Assembly (NCBI GenBank): GCA_050230475.1
Contig: JBFLGF010000093.1
Coordinates: 1-64,000, forward strand
Length of the DNA: 64,000 nt
Reading direction: 5' to 3'
Source: Ancylonema sp.
Taxonomy: Eukaryota
In this document: one piece after another, positions 13,567 through 25,718 of the stretch
Position numbering within the stretch: the first letter of the stretch is position 1
How the letters are laid out: each line of letters starts with the position of its first letter
Program-made: the position numbers and the translations under genes
The notes under the pieces: model-generated
Seen by the model: the letters and a program-made list of their open reading frames with translations, nothing else
What the model was told of the DNA's origin: nothing
Database searches by the model: none

Positions 13567-15990
13567 ACTCGATTTTTTTTGTCGTGCGGTAGTCGGAAGA
13601 CTTGTGATGAAGTCCATCGATAACGATGACCAACGGCGCTCCGGGATCGGCAAAGGTTGCAATAACCCTTGTGGCCTACTATTTAATGTCTTGCTCCGCT
13701 GACAAACAAGACAGCCCCGGACAAAGTTGGAAACATCCACCTACAATGTCGGCCACCAATAAGTTCGTTTGATAAACTCAATCGACTTCTTGGCGCCAAA
13801 ATGATCCGCAACCGCACTTGCGTGCCCAAGTTGCATGATTGTGTCTCGAGCCGCCGCGGGCACGAATACACGGTCATCTTTATACCATAATCCTTCGGTA
13901 TAGTTTAGGTGGTATACCCCTTTCTGGCAAGATGGGGAGCCCTCACACTCAGTGCCGACGACATATCCTTCCGCGATCGTCTTAGCATCTATGGCTGAAT
14001 CTGGGAAACCAACGTGGATAGCCATCATAGTCCGTCGACTTTGCATCGTGGTGGTGTCCGTAAAGGTTGCAATCCCTTCCACGTTCCCTCGCCGTGGTTC
14101 AGGTGCCGTTGTGACACTAGGAGGCAAGAGAACCTTCCTATCGATACGACTTAGAGAGTCGGCAAGATTTGTGCGTCCCGGCCGATACTCCCAACGAAAA
14201 TCGTACGACTGTAACAGCTCGGACCATCGTGCTTGCCGCCTTGACAACTCAGTCTTGGTACTTAGGAAGACATTCGGATTATGATCTGTTACGACCACAA
14301 AGGAATGGGCACCTTCCAAACAGCACCGCCACTTCCGCAAACAGTGTACCGTGGTGAGCAACTCTTGCTCACCGACACCGTAACGTTGTTCTGCGCTATT
14401 CATGGTTCGTGATTCGTACGCAATGGCACGTGAACCTTGGAGTAACACTCCACCTACCGAATGCATTGATGCATCCGTTACAACTTCACAAGGAAGATTC
14501 GGATCAAACAACGCCAACGTTGGCGCGTGGGTCAAACACCACTTAAGTCGATCAAATGACTTTTGGCAATTGTCGGTCCACTCAAAGTGTGTCGACGCCT
14601 TAGTCAAATTCGTCATTGGTTTAGCGATCTCCGCAAATCCATAAATGAATTTTCGGAAGTAATTCGCTGGTCCAAGGAACGACCGCACGTCCTTGACGTC
14701 TGCCGGAATAGGCCAATCCGGGATGACACTTAGTTTTTGAGCATCGGGTCGAATACCTTCGGGCCCAACCTCATGTAAAGAAGTTTTTCTTGCATAAACG
14801 TGCACTTCTTCTTTTAGGCATAGAACTTATATTTTCGAAAAATCGACAACGCTTGTCGAACATGCTCAATATGTTCTTCTTCGGTTTTAGAATATATTAG
14901 AATACCATCCAGATATACTAACACAAACTTTCCGAGATACGGACGAAAAATAACATTCATCGTCGATCGTCGCTTGAAAGCTCGCGGGGCATTTGTCAAG
15001 CCGAAAGGCAACACTTTGAACTCATAATGACCCATCGGCGTTATATACGCGGTCTTAGGACAATCTTCCGGCGTAATCCGAATTTGGTGATATCCCTGAG
15101 CCAAGTCCAATTGATCCAACAGATCATCGATACCTGGCAAGGCATATCGGTTTTTGACGGTTTGTTTGTTAAGTGCTCGAAAATCGATACACATTCTCAA
15201 ACTCCCCCCTTTTTTTGATACAAACAAAATCGGCTGATCGTACGGCGAAGAACTCGGGGTAATCCACCCTTTCGCTAAGTACTCAGTGATTTGCTTCTTT
15301 GCCTCTTCCTGTTCAAGAGGACTTAACCGATACATCGGTCGAAAAGCAGGTTTCGCACCCGGTTCCAATGGAATCGTGTGTTCGGTACCCCGATCGGGTG
15401 GAAGTCCGTTCAGAAGATCGTCCGGAAAGACATCGAAAAGCTCGTCGCGTAATTCCACCATTTGAGTTGGGATGCCGGGCATCTTTTCCTCATTTTACAA
15501 AGGCCATTCCTTAGTATCCGCTAACTCTTCTTCAAGAGTTTTCGAGCGTAACTGTACGAAGAATGCCTGAGCCCCTTTTCGCAATGCCTTGGAAAGTTGC
15601 ATCGACGACAATAAAGGAGAGACTGGCTTTTCTTTTTGTTGCTGACTTGCAAACAATGTGATAAAGTGCAATCCTTTGTTTATTCGACATGTTTTGGTTC
15701 CAAAATCTAAAATAGCATTATGTCGATTCATCCATTCCAATCCAAGAATGGAGTCAATATACGGTGCTAACTTTAGCTAACTTTAGCACATTGAAAACGA
15801 CTTTGCCATGATAGGCTCCCAATTTCATGATTTCCCCAATATACCACTTTCACTACCATCGCCCAAAGTGACACTCACTTTGTTACTAGTATCGATGGCA
15901 ATATTGTGTAGGCGAAAAAATCCGCACTAATGAAGTTTTCGCTAGCAAGGGTATCCAACGATATCGATATCGAGACGCCTGCAACTTGCG
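13567..15990 (-). pseudogene. pol: G1 pol: protease, RT, RNase H, integrase N-terminus
   Basis: LDTLASENFIS, ILGLEWM, RMCIDFRALN, LPFGLTNAP, YLDG (YxDD mutated), VTDAS, TDH, HHCC, SMDFITSLP. Confidence 0.93.
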
Positions 15991-15998
15991 TCAAATGA

Positions 15999-16469
15999 CT
16001 ATGCGTTGTCATGTGCTGAAAGTGCAGCCGTTGTGGCATTTGTACTACTCACCATAATGCAATGTGCTTCACGGCAGTTAACGAGGGAAATCCCTAACCT
16101 ATGCACTTGATTGACTTTTTCATGCTTGTGGGTTTGCTTGTAGTTTATAAATGACACCGGCCATGTGTGCAGCTCAGAATTGAGTTTCACGACAACGCAT
16201 TTAAATTTCTTCACAACTGTGTGAAAATATTTTATGCAGTCATCGAGTACTTTACCACTTGGTAAGCACAAATACACATCGCATGACAAATCGATAGAGG
16301 AAAAGAATTCCATTGGAGTCATGACATTACACTTGTATTCCATTGCAATAAATTTCTTATGATTTTCCAGATACACAATTATTGGGAGACTCTCCTCACA
16401 AATTGCGGACAAATCATTTTTATTGACAACTACAAATTCTGTCAATTCCAGCTCGGTCCGCGACTCCAA
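15999..16469 (-). CDS. Extra domain between G1 gag and protease, possibly a degenerate N6-adenine DNA methyltransferase fold
   Basis: 156-aa ORF; FFSSIDLSCDVYLCLPS..CVVVKL..W spacing recalls the VW(L)NPPF..(V)VP..W pattern. Pattern match only. Confidence 0.35.
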   Translation of the reverse strand: MESRTELELTEFVVVNKNDLSAICEESLPIIVYLENHKKFIAMEYKCNVMTPMEFFSSIDLSCDVYLCLPSGKVLDDCIKYFHTVVKKFKCVVVKLNSELHTWPVSFINYKQTHKHEKVNQVHRLGISLVNCREAHCIMVSSTNATTAALSAHDNA

Positions 16470-16480
16470 GTCGGAACGAG

Positions 16481-18083
16481 CTACCCTTTTACCACTCGGC
16501 TAAAGGTTTTCTTTTCATCCCTGTCGTCACCCTTGTCTTTTACTACCACACGTGTGGGACAATCACGGGCCACGTGTCCAGATTTCTGACACGTGAAACA
16601 TTTCCCGTCAGTATAGAGCGCCATCCTATCGTGGTTGCTAAGCTTGGCCCTACCCGGGTCTTGTCTGGGGCCCTGGCCCTTGGCCTGGCCCTCGCTCTGG
16701 CCCTGGCCCTCGGCCTTGCCCTGGGTTTGGCCCTAGCCCTGGAAGCGGTAAGAACTCCCCCCCTTCCCTGCGCTGCCGAACGTCGTCCCCTTCTTCGCTG
16801 GGATTGAGGATCCACCTCCACGATGCTCCAAGGCTTTGGCCTTGCGTTTCTTCAGGAGTTGGGTGAACGGCAGCTCGCGCTCCTCCGCAGTCTCCGGGAT
16901 GATGATCCGCACCTTCTGCTGGTCGTCGTCCTCCTTCACAGCGAACGCCATGAGATCCTGGAGGCTGGTCTACGCACCACCCTTCCGTGGTCCCTTGCGT
17001 TTCACCGCTGTGAACAGCTCGGGATTCATGATGTCGAGCAGGTGCTGAATTTGCGCATTGCGCGATGGACGAATCCCTGGATCCAGGCGCGACAGGTGCT
17101 ACTTCATCTCCACCTAGAGAGGTCGCAGCGGGCCATTCTGTTTCAACGCCCAATAAGTGAGCTTCAACTGCTCCGACAGGTCCGTATTTACCGTACGTGA
17201 CCATCATCTGTCGCTCGAACACCTCGTAGGTATACGGGTTGCCGCCCGTCCGCAGCAAGGATGACTCGCAATCCCGCCAGTACGAATCGGGCCCCTCCTT
17301 CAGGTGTGTCATGATGAGGCGCATGCCCGTCTCCTCTGTGAATCCTATGTCGACGATCATACCGATGGAATCCCTGAACCAGTCCCAAAATTGAACTTTG
17401 CCGTTCGCATCCCACATGGGAGGCGCACCAAAATTCGTCAGCGCCTTGAAATATAGGTCCCTGTCCGCCTTCGAGCTTCCCGATCGAGCCAATTTCATCC
17501 TCCCCTGGGTAATTAGTCGCTCGCTGGGGATTTATGCAGTCTCGACCGTAGTGGGGCGGATCTCAGGCTGCCCGAATTCGCGCCCCTGTACAGCGAGCCC
17601 GGCGACCTTCTCGCGCAGGTCTTGTAGCGCCTTCTCCGCCTGGCGCAGCAGCTCCTCTTCGTTGGAGAGCTTCCCACGATTTTTGTGGTAGGTTCGCAGT
17701 CCCCCGAGTGCGTCGATTGGCGCGCTGGCGCCCGGAGCAGAGGCAGCAGCAGGATTCGCGCGCTGAACGACTGCAGCGTGGGCGGGCTGGCGAGCGGGGC
17801 GGAAGTTTCCTGCAGTGTTTTTTTTTTGGGCGGGAACTAATACTGGTGACGGACGCTTGAGGTTGCTTCCCGTTGGAGAGTCACCGGTTGCAGGCTTCGG
17901 AGATTGCCTCGGCGATGTCACAGCACCCTGCAAAATCGATGAATGCATTGCGAATCCAGCCACAGTCTCAACTACTGGAGGGGCGGATGTCGTCTGTCCG
18001 CGGGGCGCATTAACAGGAGGCACATTCAGAGACATTGACTGGTATGTTCGAATGAAAGCTACGAGTGCGGCTTCGAAACTCAT
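16481..18083 (-). pseudogene. gag: G1 gag, frameshifted, ending in a CCHC knuckle
   Basis: THLKEGPDSYW..TYEVFERQM capsid-like segment; CFTCQKSGHVARDC; stop at 16481-16483. The start is approximate. Confidence 0.8.
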
Positions 18084-18127
18084 GCACAGTGCTATTGTTC
18101 TGAAAAAATTACTAGGATCTAAATCCT

Positions 18128-18139
18128 GCTCTGATACCA
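18128..18139 (-). promoter_or_regulatory. G1 PBS (3' end of tRNA-iMet)
   Basis: Reverse complement TGGTATCAGAGC lies next to the 5' LTR. Confidence 0.92.
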
Positions 18140-18140
18140 A

Positions 18141-18570
18141 TGATAATATATCGCCACAGGGCGATATATATGACGTTATTCGTGAATAACAAACACATAC
18201 GACTCGAACGTAATCGACACGCTGTGTCCGCAGTCTGCACCAGCTAGAGCTTGTTCAATAATGAATTAGTGAGTACTCCGCAGGCTGCGGCGTGTATGTT
18301 TAAAGGCGAAGCTCACGAGCGAATCGTGCACAAGCTCGTCTTCAGCCAAGGGTGAATTGCACCGTAGCTGACAGGGGTTCGCCCAGTCCACTGGAAGAGC
18401 CCTACGAGCTCTGTCGATGCGGGATGGAATTCCGCAAGCGACGTTTGACTTGCGTCATGTACGGCTGAATCCGTACGAACGGACGGGGACTTTGACCCGT
18501 CAAAGGACCCGTCGAAATAATAAACAGTTACCGGCTCCATGCGGGGGCGTTAATATCTTATATTAAACAT
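18141..18570 (-). repeat. G1 5' LTR, part 1
   Basis: Homologous to 2473-2909; broken at TATTAAACA by copia A1. Confidence 0.92.
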
Positions 18571-21500
18571 TGTTGGAATATTTTGGATAGCCATATGTTA
18601 TGCTTGCTAGTCCAGTTGTAACCAGTTACTCTAACCGGGAGCAATATTCCTAGATGTGCTGATACGCGGGGCCGGGCACGTTTGTGTCCGGGCACCTGAC
18701 ATGTTGCCGACACTTAGAGACGTTATTGCTTGTCGTGTCGTGATTGGCTTGTTTAGTCGTGTGTGTAATGTCCGGCATGTGCCGTTGACATGTAGATGAG
18801 TTGTCACTCAATGATAGGCCGACGGTCAATTGTGCCGACCGTCGGCACACAACAATCTGTAAAGCGCATCGGGGTATTACCATCCCCGATGCAATCACAA
18901 TAATAATTCGTTCCACACACGCAACCTTGTCTCGTTGATCATCAGTGATAGAGCTTTTGCGTACGGTTCGTTTTGCCCACCAAATTATCCTGCACGTCTC
19001 ACTCAAAAGCTTATAGGTTATGGGCCCAGTGCGGTCTAGTTCAGACGCCGTGTTGGTTAAAAACTAAAGGCTCCACGCGATTTCGCTGCTTATCTGAGAA
19101 CGGTATTCTGCCAGTGGCGCAAATATATTCGTAGTTGTTAAGGGCTGCACGATTTTCATTGGCTGATTTCGAGTTGAGTGCTGCAGTGCAGGAATCGCAC
19201 TGAGCTCGAGCTGAGTGAGAAATTTCGAATTAATCCTACACAATTGCTGCCACAATGTCGGATAGGTCGCAAATCCCACAGTTCACTGGAGCAAATTACA
19301 GAAGATGGGCCTTCAAGGTCAAATATGGGCTGGCGGACAAAAAGTTGCATCGTGTGGTGATGGATTGGGACAGCCTGCTACGGAGGTGTCGTCCAGACGT
19401 GATACTTCCATTGACACCTGACAACGAGCTGCAATTTGCCGCCAGGGATCGACGTGGACGTCGAGAGAAATGGTTAGGGAGCAGCAGATTTCCTAGCAGC
19501 TGCTGCAGCTCGAGAAATGGGATGAGGGACAATCTGGCTGCCCATGTCCTACATAGTGAAACATTTGGGTCCTTCGGAGCTGACGCACGTCACGGACTGC
19601 ACGACAGCTGCCAAAATGTGGGACGCCTTGAGGACATTCTACCAGGTGCAGGGAGCGATTGAGATCACGAACACCGAGGCGTTGCTGAGCGCGATCATAC
19701 AGACTGAGGCAGAGGACCTCAACGTATATGTCAAACGGCTGCAGCAGCTACACCAGGATTTGAAGAATCTGGGTGCGCCAGTAACTCCTATGAAGCAGGC
19801 GATCAACTTGCTCAACTCCCTCAACACTCATTACAGCCCAATGGTCTCGACGCTGATGCCGTGGTCACAATCGTCACCACATCTGTTTACGATTCCCCAC
19901 ATCGTGAGTGCGCTGTTGCGCGATGACGTCAGAAAGGAGCTGAATGAACGAAAGAGGGGGGCGCTCCCAGGATGTCACCAAGCTCATTATGGTGGACGTG
20001 GAGGGGGTAGCGGAGCTGGAGGCAGCAGCAGACCTGGTGGTGGGGGTAGAGCTGGTCGCAGAGACGCTGCAGGCGTCGAGTGCTTCGGCTGCCACAAATT
20101 TGGCCACATCAGGGCGAACTGCCCTTCACCAGCTATTGGCGGAGGCCATGCCGGAGCCTGGAAATGCCACAGGTGCCACCAAGCAGGCCACAGAGCTGCT
20201 CAGTGCCGTGCGCCATCGCCGGCAGCTGGAAATGTTGCGCACGCGACTCAGGGAAGTTCAGGGGGGAGACAGATGTGCAGATATTGCAACAATGTAGGGC
20301 ATACAATTGAACAATGTAGAAAACGCACATCTGACATGGCTTTAATGAACCCAGAAGCTACTCGAAGGGCTGACGCACAGGCAAGACTTGCTCGCTTTGC
20401 TGACAAACCCTTTGACGTTAATGTGGATTATTTTTGGTGCATTGCTTTCTCATTTGCTATTGTCTGCTGGTTCTCACACAGACTCCCTCCTGATCCTGGA
20501 CTCAGGTGCTACAGACCTTTTCACTGAACGTGAACACTTCGTGGAGTACACTCCAACCCTGAGCACGCAGAGGGCCTTCATCACCACTGCTGACGGCTTG
20601 TCACACAAGGTAGCAGGCACGGGCTTCGTGCACATCCGAGTGAGGACTGGCGACACATTCTTCGTGCAGCCACTCAACTCGATCCACGTCCCTACCTTCG
20701 CCTGCACCCTCGTGTCGACATCGTGCCTCGTCAAAAGAGGTGGGCTGAGCTTCTTACAGCTGCCCACGGGTCCTGAATTAAAAAAGGGGAATGCGAAGTG
20801 GGCTGATGTACTGCAGCAGCCTAGTGGTCTATCTCATGATACGAAAGCAAACTTATCCACAGGCATGATCTGGCATCACAAACTGGGTCACCCCGGTTCT
20901 GATGTTATGTCAGATTTTTTCAGACGTGGTGACATCCCACAGGTAAGTCTAAAAGAATTAACTGAAGTCAAGGGTTGTCAGGTTTGCTGTCAGGGTAAAA
21001 TGAGTCAGTTGAGTCACGCCAAGGCCAGCGAGGATCTAGGGACATGCCCCTGGGTCGCATTCACCTGGATCTGATTGGACCTCTGTCTGTTAGGTCTGCT
21101 AATGGAGGTTTCACTTATGCTCAGACAGGGATTGAGGTGTCCACTCGTCTGTCATTTGTCAGTTGACTGAAAACTAAGGATGAAGCACTGAACCGAGCAA
21201 AGGTCACTTTACAGTTGCTCGAGGTACAGTCAGGGTTGCCACTACAGTCTATACGGACAGACAAGGGTGGGGAGTATGTGTCTCAGGACTGGATAAACTA
21301 CTGTGGGGGGAAGGGTATTGACAAGCAAACCACAGAAGCATACAGTCCTGAACAAAATGGAATCTGTGAAAGACTGAATAGAACCTTGACAGAAAAAATG
21401 CGATGCATATTGATTTGGTCAGGTCTACCGAAGTCGTATTGGGATGTTGCACTGTTGCATGCAAACTGGTTAAGGAACAAAACTCCAACTAAGTCGCTCG

Positions 21501-23851
21501 CTGGCAGAATCCCAATTGAAGTTTGGGAGGGGAAGAACATGAAAATGAACAAAAGTCATAATTTTGGGTGTCTGGTGCAATACTTACAGGTTGGGACAAA
21601 AAAGAACAGTCAAGGGGACAAGTTTGCCCCTCGCACTTGTTTTGGTGTCTTTCTGGGGATGGCTGCGGGGTGTGCAGGCTACAACGTATTCGACCCCCAT
21701 AGGGTGGGGGTGATATCACGCATGGACGTGCGATTCTTCGAGGAGGTGCCCGGGTACCCGAAGCTCATGGGGGGGAAAGCTCCCCAGGTTCAGGCGGCAG
21801 CAGAAAAGCACTTCTTCTATCTGTTCCCTGACACCGAAGATGGACCCCCACCAGCAGTTGTGCCAGCAGCAGCAGTCCACCCCATCATGCCAGCAGAGCC
21901 GATGCCAGCAGTTCTGCCAGCAGAACCAGCAGTCCCTGAGCCAGCAGCTGCCATCGACCATCCGCACGACAACTTCCAGCCACAAGCTGCTGAGGTCCCC
22001 ATCATTGCGATTGAGCTGTCGGACAGCCAGTCAGGGATCAACAATGCAGGAGGTGGAGATGCAGGGGAGGAGGAGGTACAAGGAGGGGGTGCGAACCTAG
22101 GAGTGGGGCAGCCAGGCAGCATAGCTGATCGGGTGATGGCCAGACGACGAGCCAACTTTGCCGAATATGGGGATATCATGTGATGTGATGGGGAGGAGTT
22201 CGATGACGCGGCCCATGCCAACTACTCAGCGACTGAGTGGGAGCCCAGCTACTTCTACACTGGCTTCAACGGTCCTGTAGATCCTGGCTACGCCTGCGTA
22301 GCATCAACCAACAACTCCTCCGAGCCACTCACCCTCAACCATGCCATGATGAGGCCAGACTGGAACCAGTGGGACAGAGCCATCGTGGAAGAGCTCGCTG
22401 CCCTGGAGACGTTCAACACCTTTGAGGTGTGTGTACTTCCTCCAAGTAAAAAAGGTGTGGGGTGTCGATATGTTTTTAAGATCAAAACAACAACTCAGGG
22501 GGATATTGAAAGATATAAAGTCAGACTGGTCGCACAGGGATTCTTACAGCAAGAGGGTATTGACCATAATGAGGTATTCGCACCAGTAATCGACAGTACA
22601 TCTATCACCCTACTCCTCTCTATAGCAAACCAATATGACTGGGAACTGGAACAGATGGACGTTATCACAGCGTTCTTGCATGGACGTCTCGAAGAAGAGG
22701 TTTATATGAAAATACCACCACGTATGTATATAAAAGGGGGTGCTGAGGGAAAGGTGTTACGACTGAAGGGTGCATTGTACGGGCTAAAAAGTAGCCACGT
22801 GTGGCAAGAAATGTTCAGAAAGTTTATATCTCACGGGTTTAAACAATGCGTAATGAACACATGTATATATATGAGGGGGGAAGGAGACAACAGAATCATA
22901 CTGGGCATACATGTAGATGATCAGGTGATCACAGGTCCTAACGCAATGGTGGTCACTTTTAAAGAAGGGTATGGGTAAAAAGTTCAAAGTCAAGGATCTG
23001 GGTCCCCTAACCCCCATATCCTGGGGGTGGAAAAGTGAAGAGGGATATAGACAGAGAAAATTGCTCACACTGTGGACAGTTAGGTTTCTTAAGGGGAGTG
23101 TGCTAGAACGTTACGGGATGTGAGTGTAATCCAACCAAACTCCCCCTCTGGCCCCTGGAACGAACTCAGTTTACGCAAAATGATGAACCAACTCTTCCCC
23201 CTACCCTTGAAGAAATAACAGACTTTCGAGGAAAAGTGGGATCTCTCATATACGCTATGAAACAAACCAGACTGGACATCGGGTATGCACTTAGGGTATT
23301 GGCTAAACACATGGGAAATCCTGGGGTCGCACACATAAGGGCATTACATCAATTATTGAGATACCTTAAAGGGACTGTGAACCACGGACTGACGTTTGTG
23401 GGAAAAGACAGCTTTGAAGTAAAGGGTTACTACGATGCATCATGGAACAGCTGCACAAGAAAGTCAGTCACAGGATGGGCACGGTTGGGGGAACAGCACT
23501 GAGTTAGAAGTCGCAAAAGCAGTCCACTGTTACACACAGCACTGCTGAGGCTGAATATATTGCTGCTTGTAGTGTGTCTAAGGAGTGCTGTTATCTAAAG
23601 TCTCTCTTGAAAGAACTCAAGTTTCCAAACCAAATCACAATCCACACTGACTCAACCTCAGCACTCTCCATGATCCAGAACCCTGTGCAACGACAGAAAG
23701 CAACACATTTTAATGTGGTATATCACTGGGTACGGGAATGCCACAGCACGGGGAGACTAAAGTATGTGTACCTTGCAGGCGCAAATCAACCAGATAATAT
23801 GCTAACCAAAGCTCTTCCTCAAGTTTTACTGGACAGACACAACAAAAGTCT
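18571..23851 (+). mobile_element. Copia A1, 5' LTR (18571-19015) to end of RNase H; its 3' end is at 43340-44234, inverted
   Basis: TGTTGG...CTTATA LTR; PBS GGTTATGGGCCCA at 19016-19028; gag-PR-IN-RT-RH order. Confidence 0.95.
19255..23851 (+). pseudogene. gag-pol: A1 gag-pol polyprotein, frameshifted
   Basis: Three CCHC knuckles, ILDSGAT, WHHKLGHP, RTDKGGEY, NGICERLNRTL, KVRLVAQGF, QMDVITAFL, HVDD, EAEY. Confidence 0.95.
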
Positions 23852-24301
23852 CCAATCCGCCAATATCATCGGCGAAGAAAACTACAAAAGTCATGTTTTC
23901 CAGATTTTTCCAAAATCTGTCAATTTCTTCAACTTTGTGAGATTTCGTCGACACGCTATCTGCCGACTCCATCTGGCACGTCACGTTTATGTTGTTGGAC
24001 GTTTATCTACTTGGTACGCCATGGTCGCAACCTTCTTGACGACGCGTACCTTCGAGAAGTGAATAGTGCCCCGAGATTCTTCGATGGGAGGTCGTATGAG
24101 GTGCCAGATGGAGTCGTCAGACGGCCTGTCGACGACATCTCTCAAAATCAAAGAAATCGACAGATTTTGGAAAAAATATGCTAAACATGACTTTTTGTAT
24201 TTTTATTAGTCGATGAAAATGACGGATGATACTTGATGACTTGGCTACTTGTCTCGAGGAGCAGCATCAAGATTGGGCATCGGGTCATCATCTAGATCTC
24301 A
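23852..24301 (-). repeat. Element X-type LTR copy with a long internal inverted repeat, truncated at an inversion breakpoint
   Basis: Starts TGAGATC on the minus strand like 25706; arms about 23855-23979 and 24101-24227 are reverse complements. Confidence 0.65.
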
Positions 24302-25499
24302 CTTAGAGTAGTTGGTGTAGGTTGAGCCCCTACTGACAACACAAGAATGTAATTCAAGCGTTGTATGTGACTAATCAACGAAGTTTGCAGTAGCTACTAC
24401 TCGCCGAAAGCTAAGTATTGGAAGGTCTAGTAAAACAATACTGAGGTTAATCAAGAATCGCTAATCACATCACTTCACAATATGCGACAACTACTGGTGA
24501 TGGGATTCAAGGCAAATAGTTATAGAATTTATACAAGGGTTGCAGAATGATCGATGATTGGTTGCTTTAAAATACGCACACGAATATGGTCACGATAAAT
24601 CAATCGTTGCGGTGAATGAACGATTCACGAATTCAGTAACGGGTGCAGACAATTCAAAGGGTGAATTGTCTGGCTGAGCTTGCACGAAACGGTGCAGCGG
24701 ACTTGTAACGATATCCGACATCAGCAAAACGGCTGGCAATCAACGACTTGCAAAGGTCACGATATTGCAAGGGTAACGATGATTTTGAATACTACAGAAT
24801 TTCACACGATGCGTATGCAAAACGGCACACGGCTTTTCAGTTACTTGAGATGCGGCAGCAAGCACAAGCAAGCAAGTAATTTCACATAAACTTACGGTTG
24901 AATGAAGCGACGCGAAGCTTGCAAGAAATCAAAGGGAATATCAAAGGAAAAACGGCACACTTGATAGCGATAGTAAACGGTTTCAGAATACACGACTTCA
25001 CGGAGGTTGCAACAAGATGACGATTGCAAAAGAGTTAGTTGAAATTCAGACAGCGTAAACTTACAACGGAAGCTGACAGTTTATAAAGTGACTTTTTGCT
25101 TCAGTACAATCGACGCGGAGTAATCTTGATCTAAGGCTGAAAATAAATATCGACTAGACAGCTAATCTCGACTGTCTATTATGGAGATCTGAATTTTACA
25201 CGTGCGGCAACTTACTAGCCAGGCTGGCTCACTGAAATTAACTCGGTGCGCAGTAGGAATCTTCTAACTCGTCGATACGACAAAATACTCTGAATCAAAG
25301 TCTAAAAAGTGGTACACCGACTTTTCTACACTCAGGGAGTATACATTTTTTATAAAATCAATCGTCTGACTGATCAAAACTCATATGACGACAGAGTTCG
25401 ATATAACGATAAAAAATCGACAATCACAAAAATTGCTATTTTTCAAGCGGATCGACAGTAAAAAGTCTTTACTTTCTAACAATCTCTAGCGGCATGACA
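24302..25499 (-). repeat. LTR-like repeat Y, second and longer copy
   Basis: Reverse complement of 5644-6624 plus about 235 extra bp. Confidence 0.7.
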
Positions 25500-25718
25500 G
25501 TTGACGCGCCAGATGGAGTCGGCAGACAACCTGCCGACGAAATCTTTCAAAATTAAAGAAATCGAGAAATTTTGGAAAAAATCTACAAAATATGACTTTT
25601 TGTATTTTTCTTCGTCGATGAAAATGACGGATAATACTTGATGACTTGGCTGCTTGTCTGGATGAGTAGCATCAGGATTGGTCTTCGGGTCATCACCTGG
25701 ATCTCACTCCCCCCCCCC
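25500..25718 (-). repeat. Element X1 PPT (25707-25718) and start of the 3' LTR (25706-25500)
   Basis: The minus strand reads G-run-AG followed by TGAGATCC; direct repeat of 24101-24301. Confidence 0.75.

Larger units (their letters stand above)
7634..18570 (-). mobile_element. Ty3/gypsy chromovirus G1 (rest of its 5' LTR displaced to 43163-43339)
   Basis: LTRs, PBS TGGTATCAGAGC, gag-PR-RT-RH-IN-chromodomain order and PPT are all present. Confidence 0.95.

Noticed and set aside
16470..16500. Programmed -1 gag-pol frameshift in G1
   Set aside because: The frames overlap in -1, but there is no canonical X XXY YYZ slippery site and the element has many random indels.
18650..19006. Recurrent ORFs inside family A LTRs (also 26274, 43370 and others)
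   Set aside because: Starts, stops and frames differ between copies, and no domain is recognisable.
23852..24230. Independent MITE
   Set aside because: No TSD. The same sequence follows a PPT at 25706, so it is better read as part of an LTR.
5644..25499. Giant DNA transposon with about 1-kb TIRs (the inverted Y copies)
   Set aside because: The orientation is explained by the 20-kb inversion; there is no transposase and no matching TSD.
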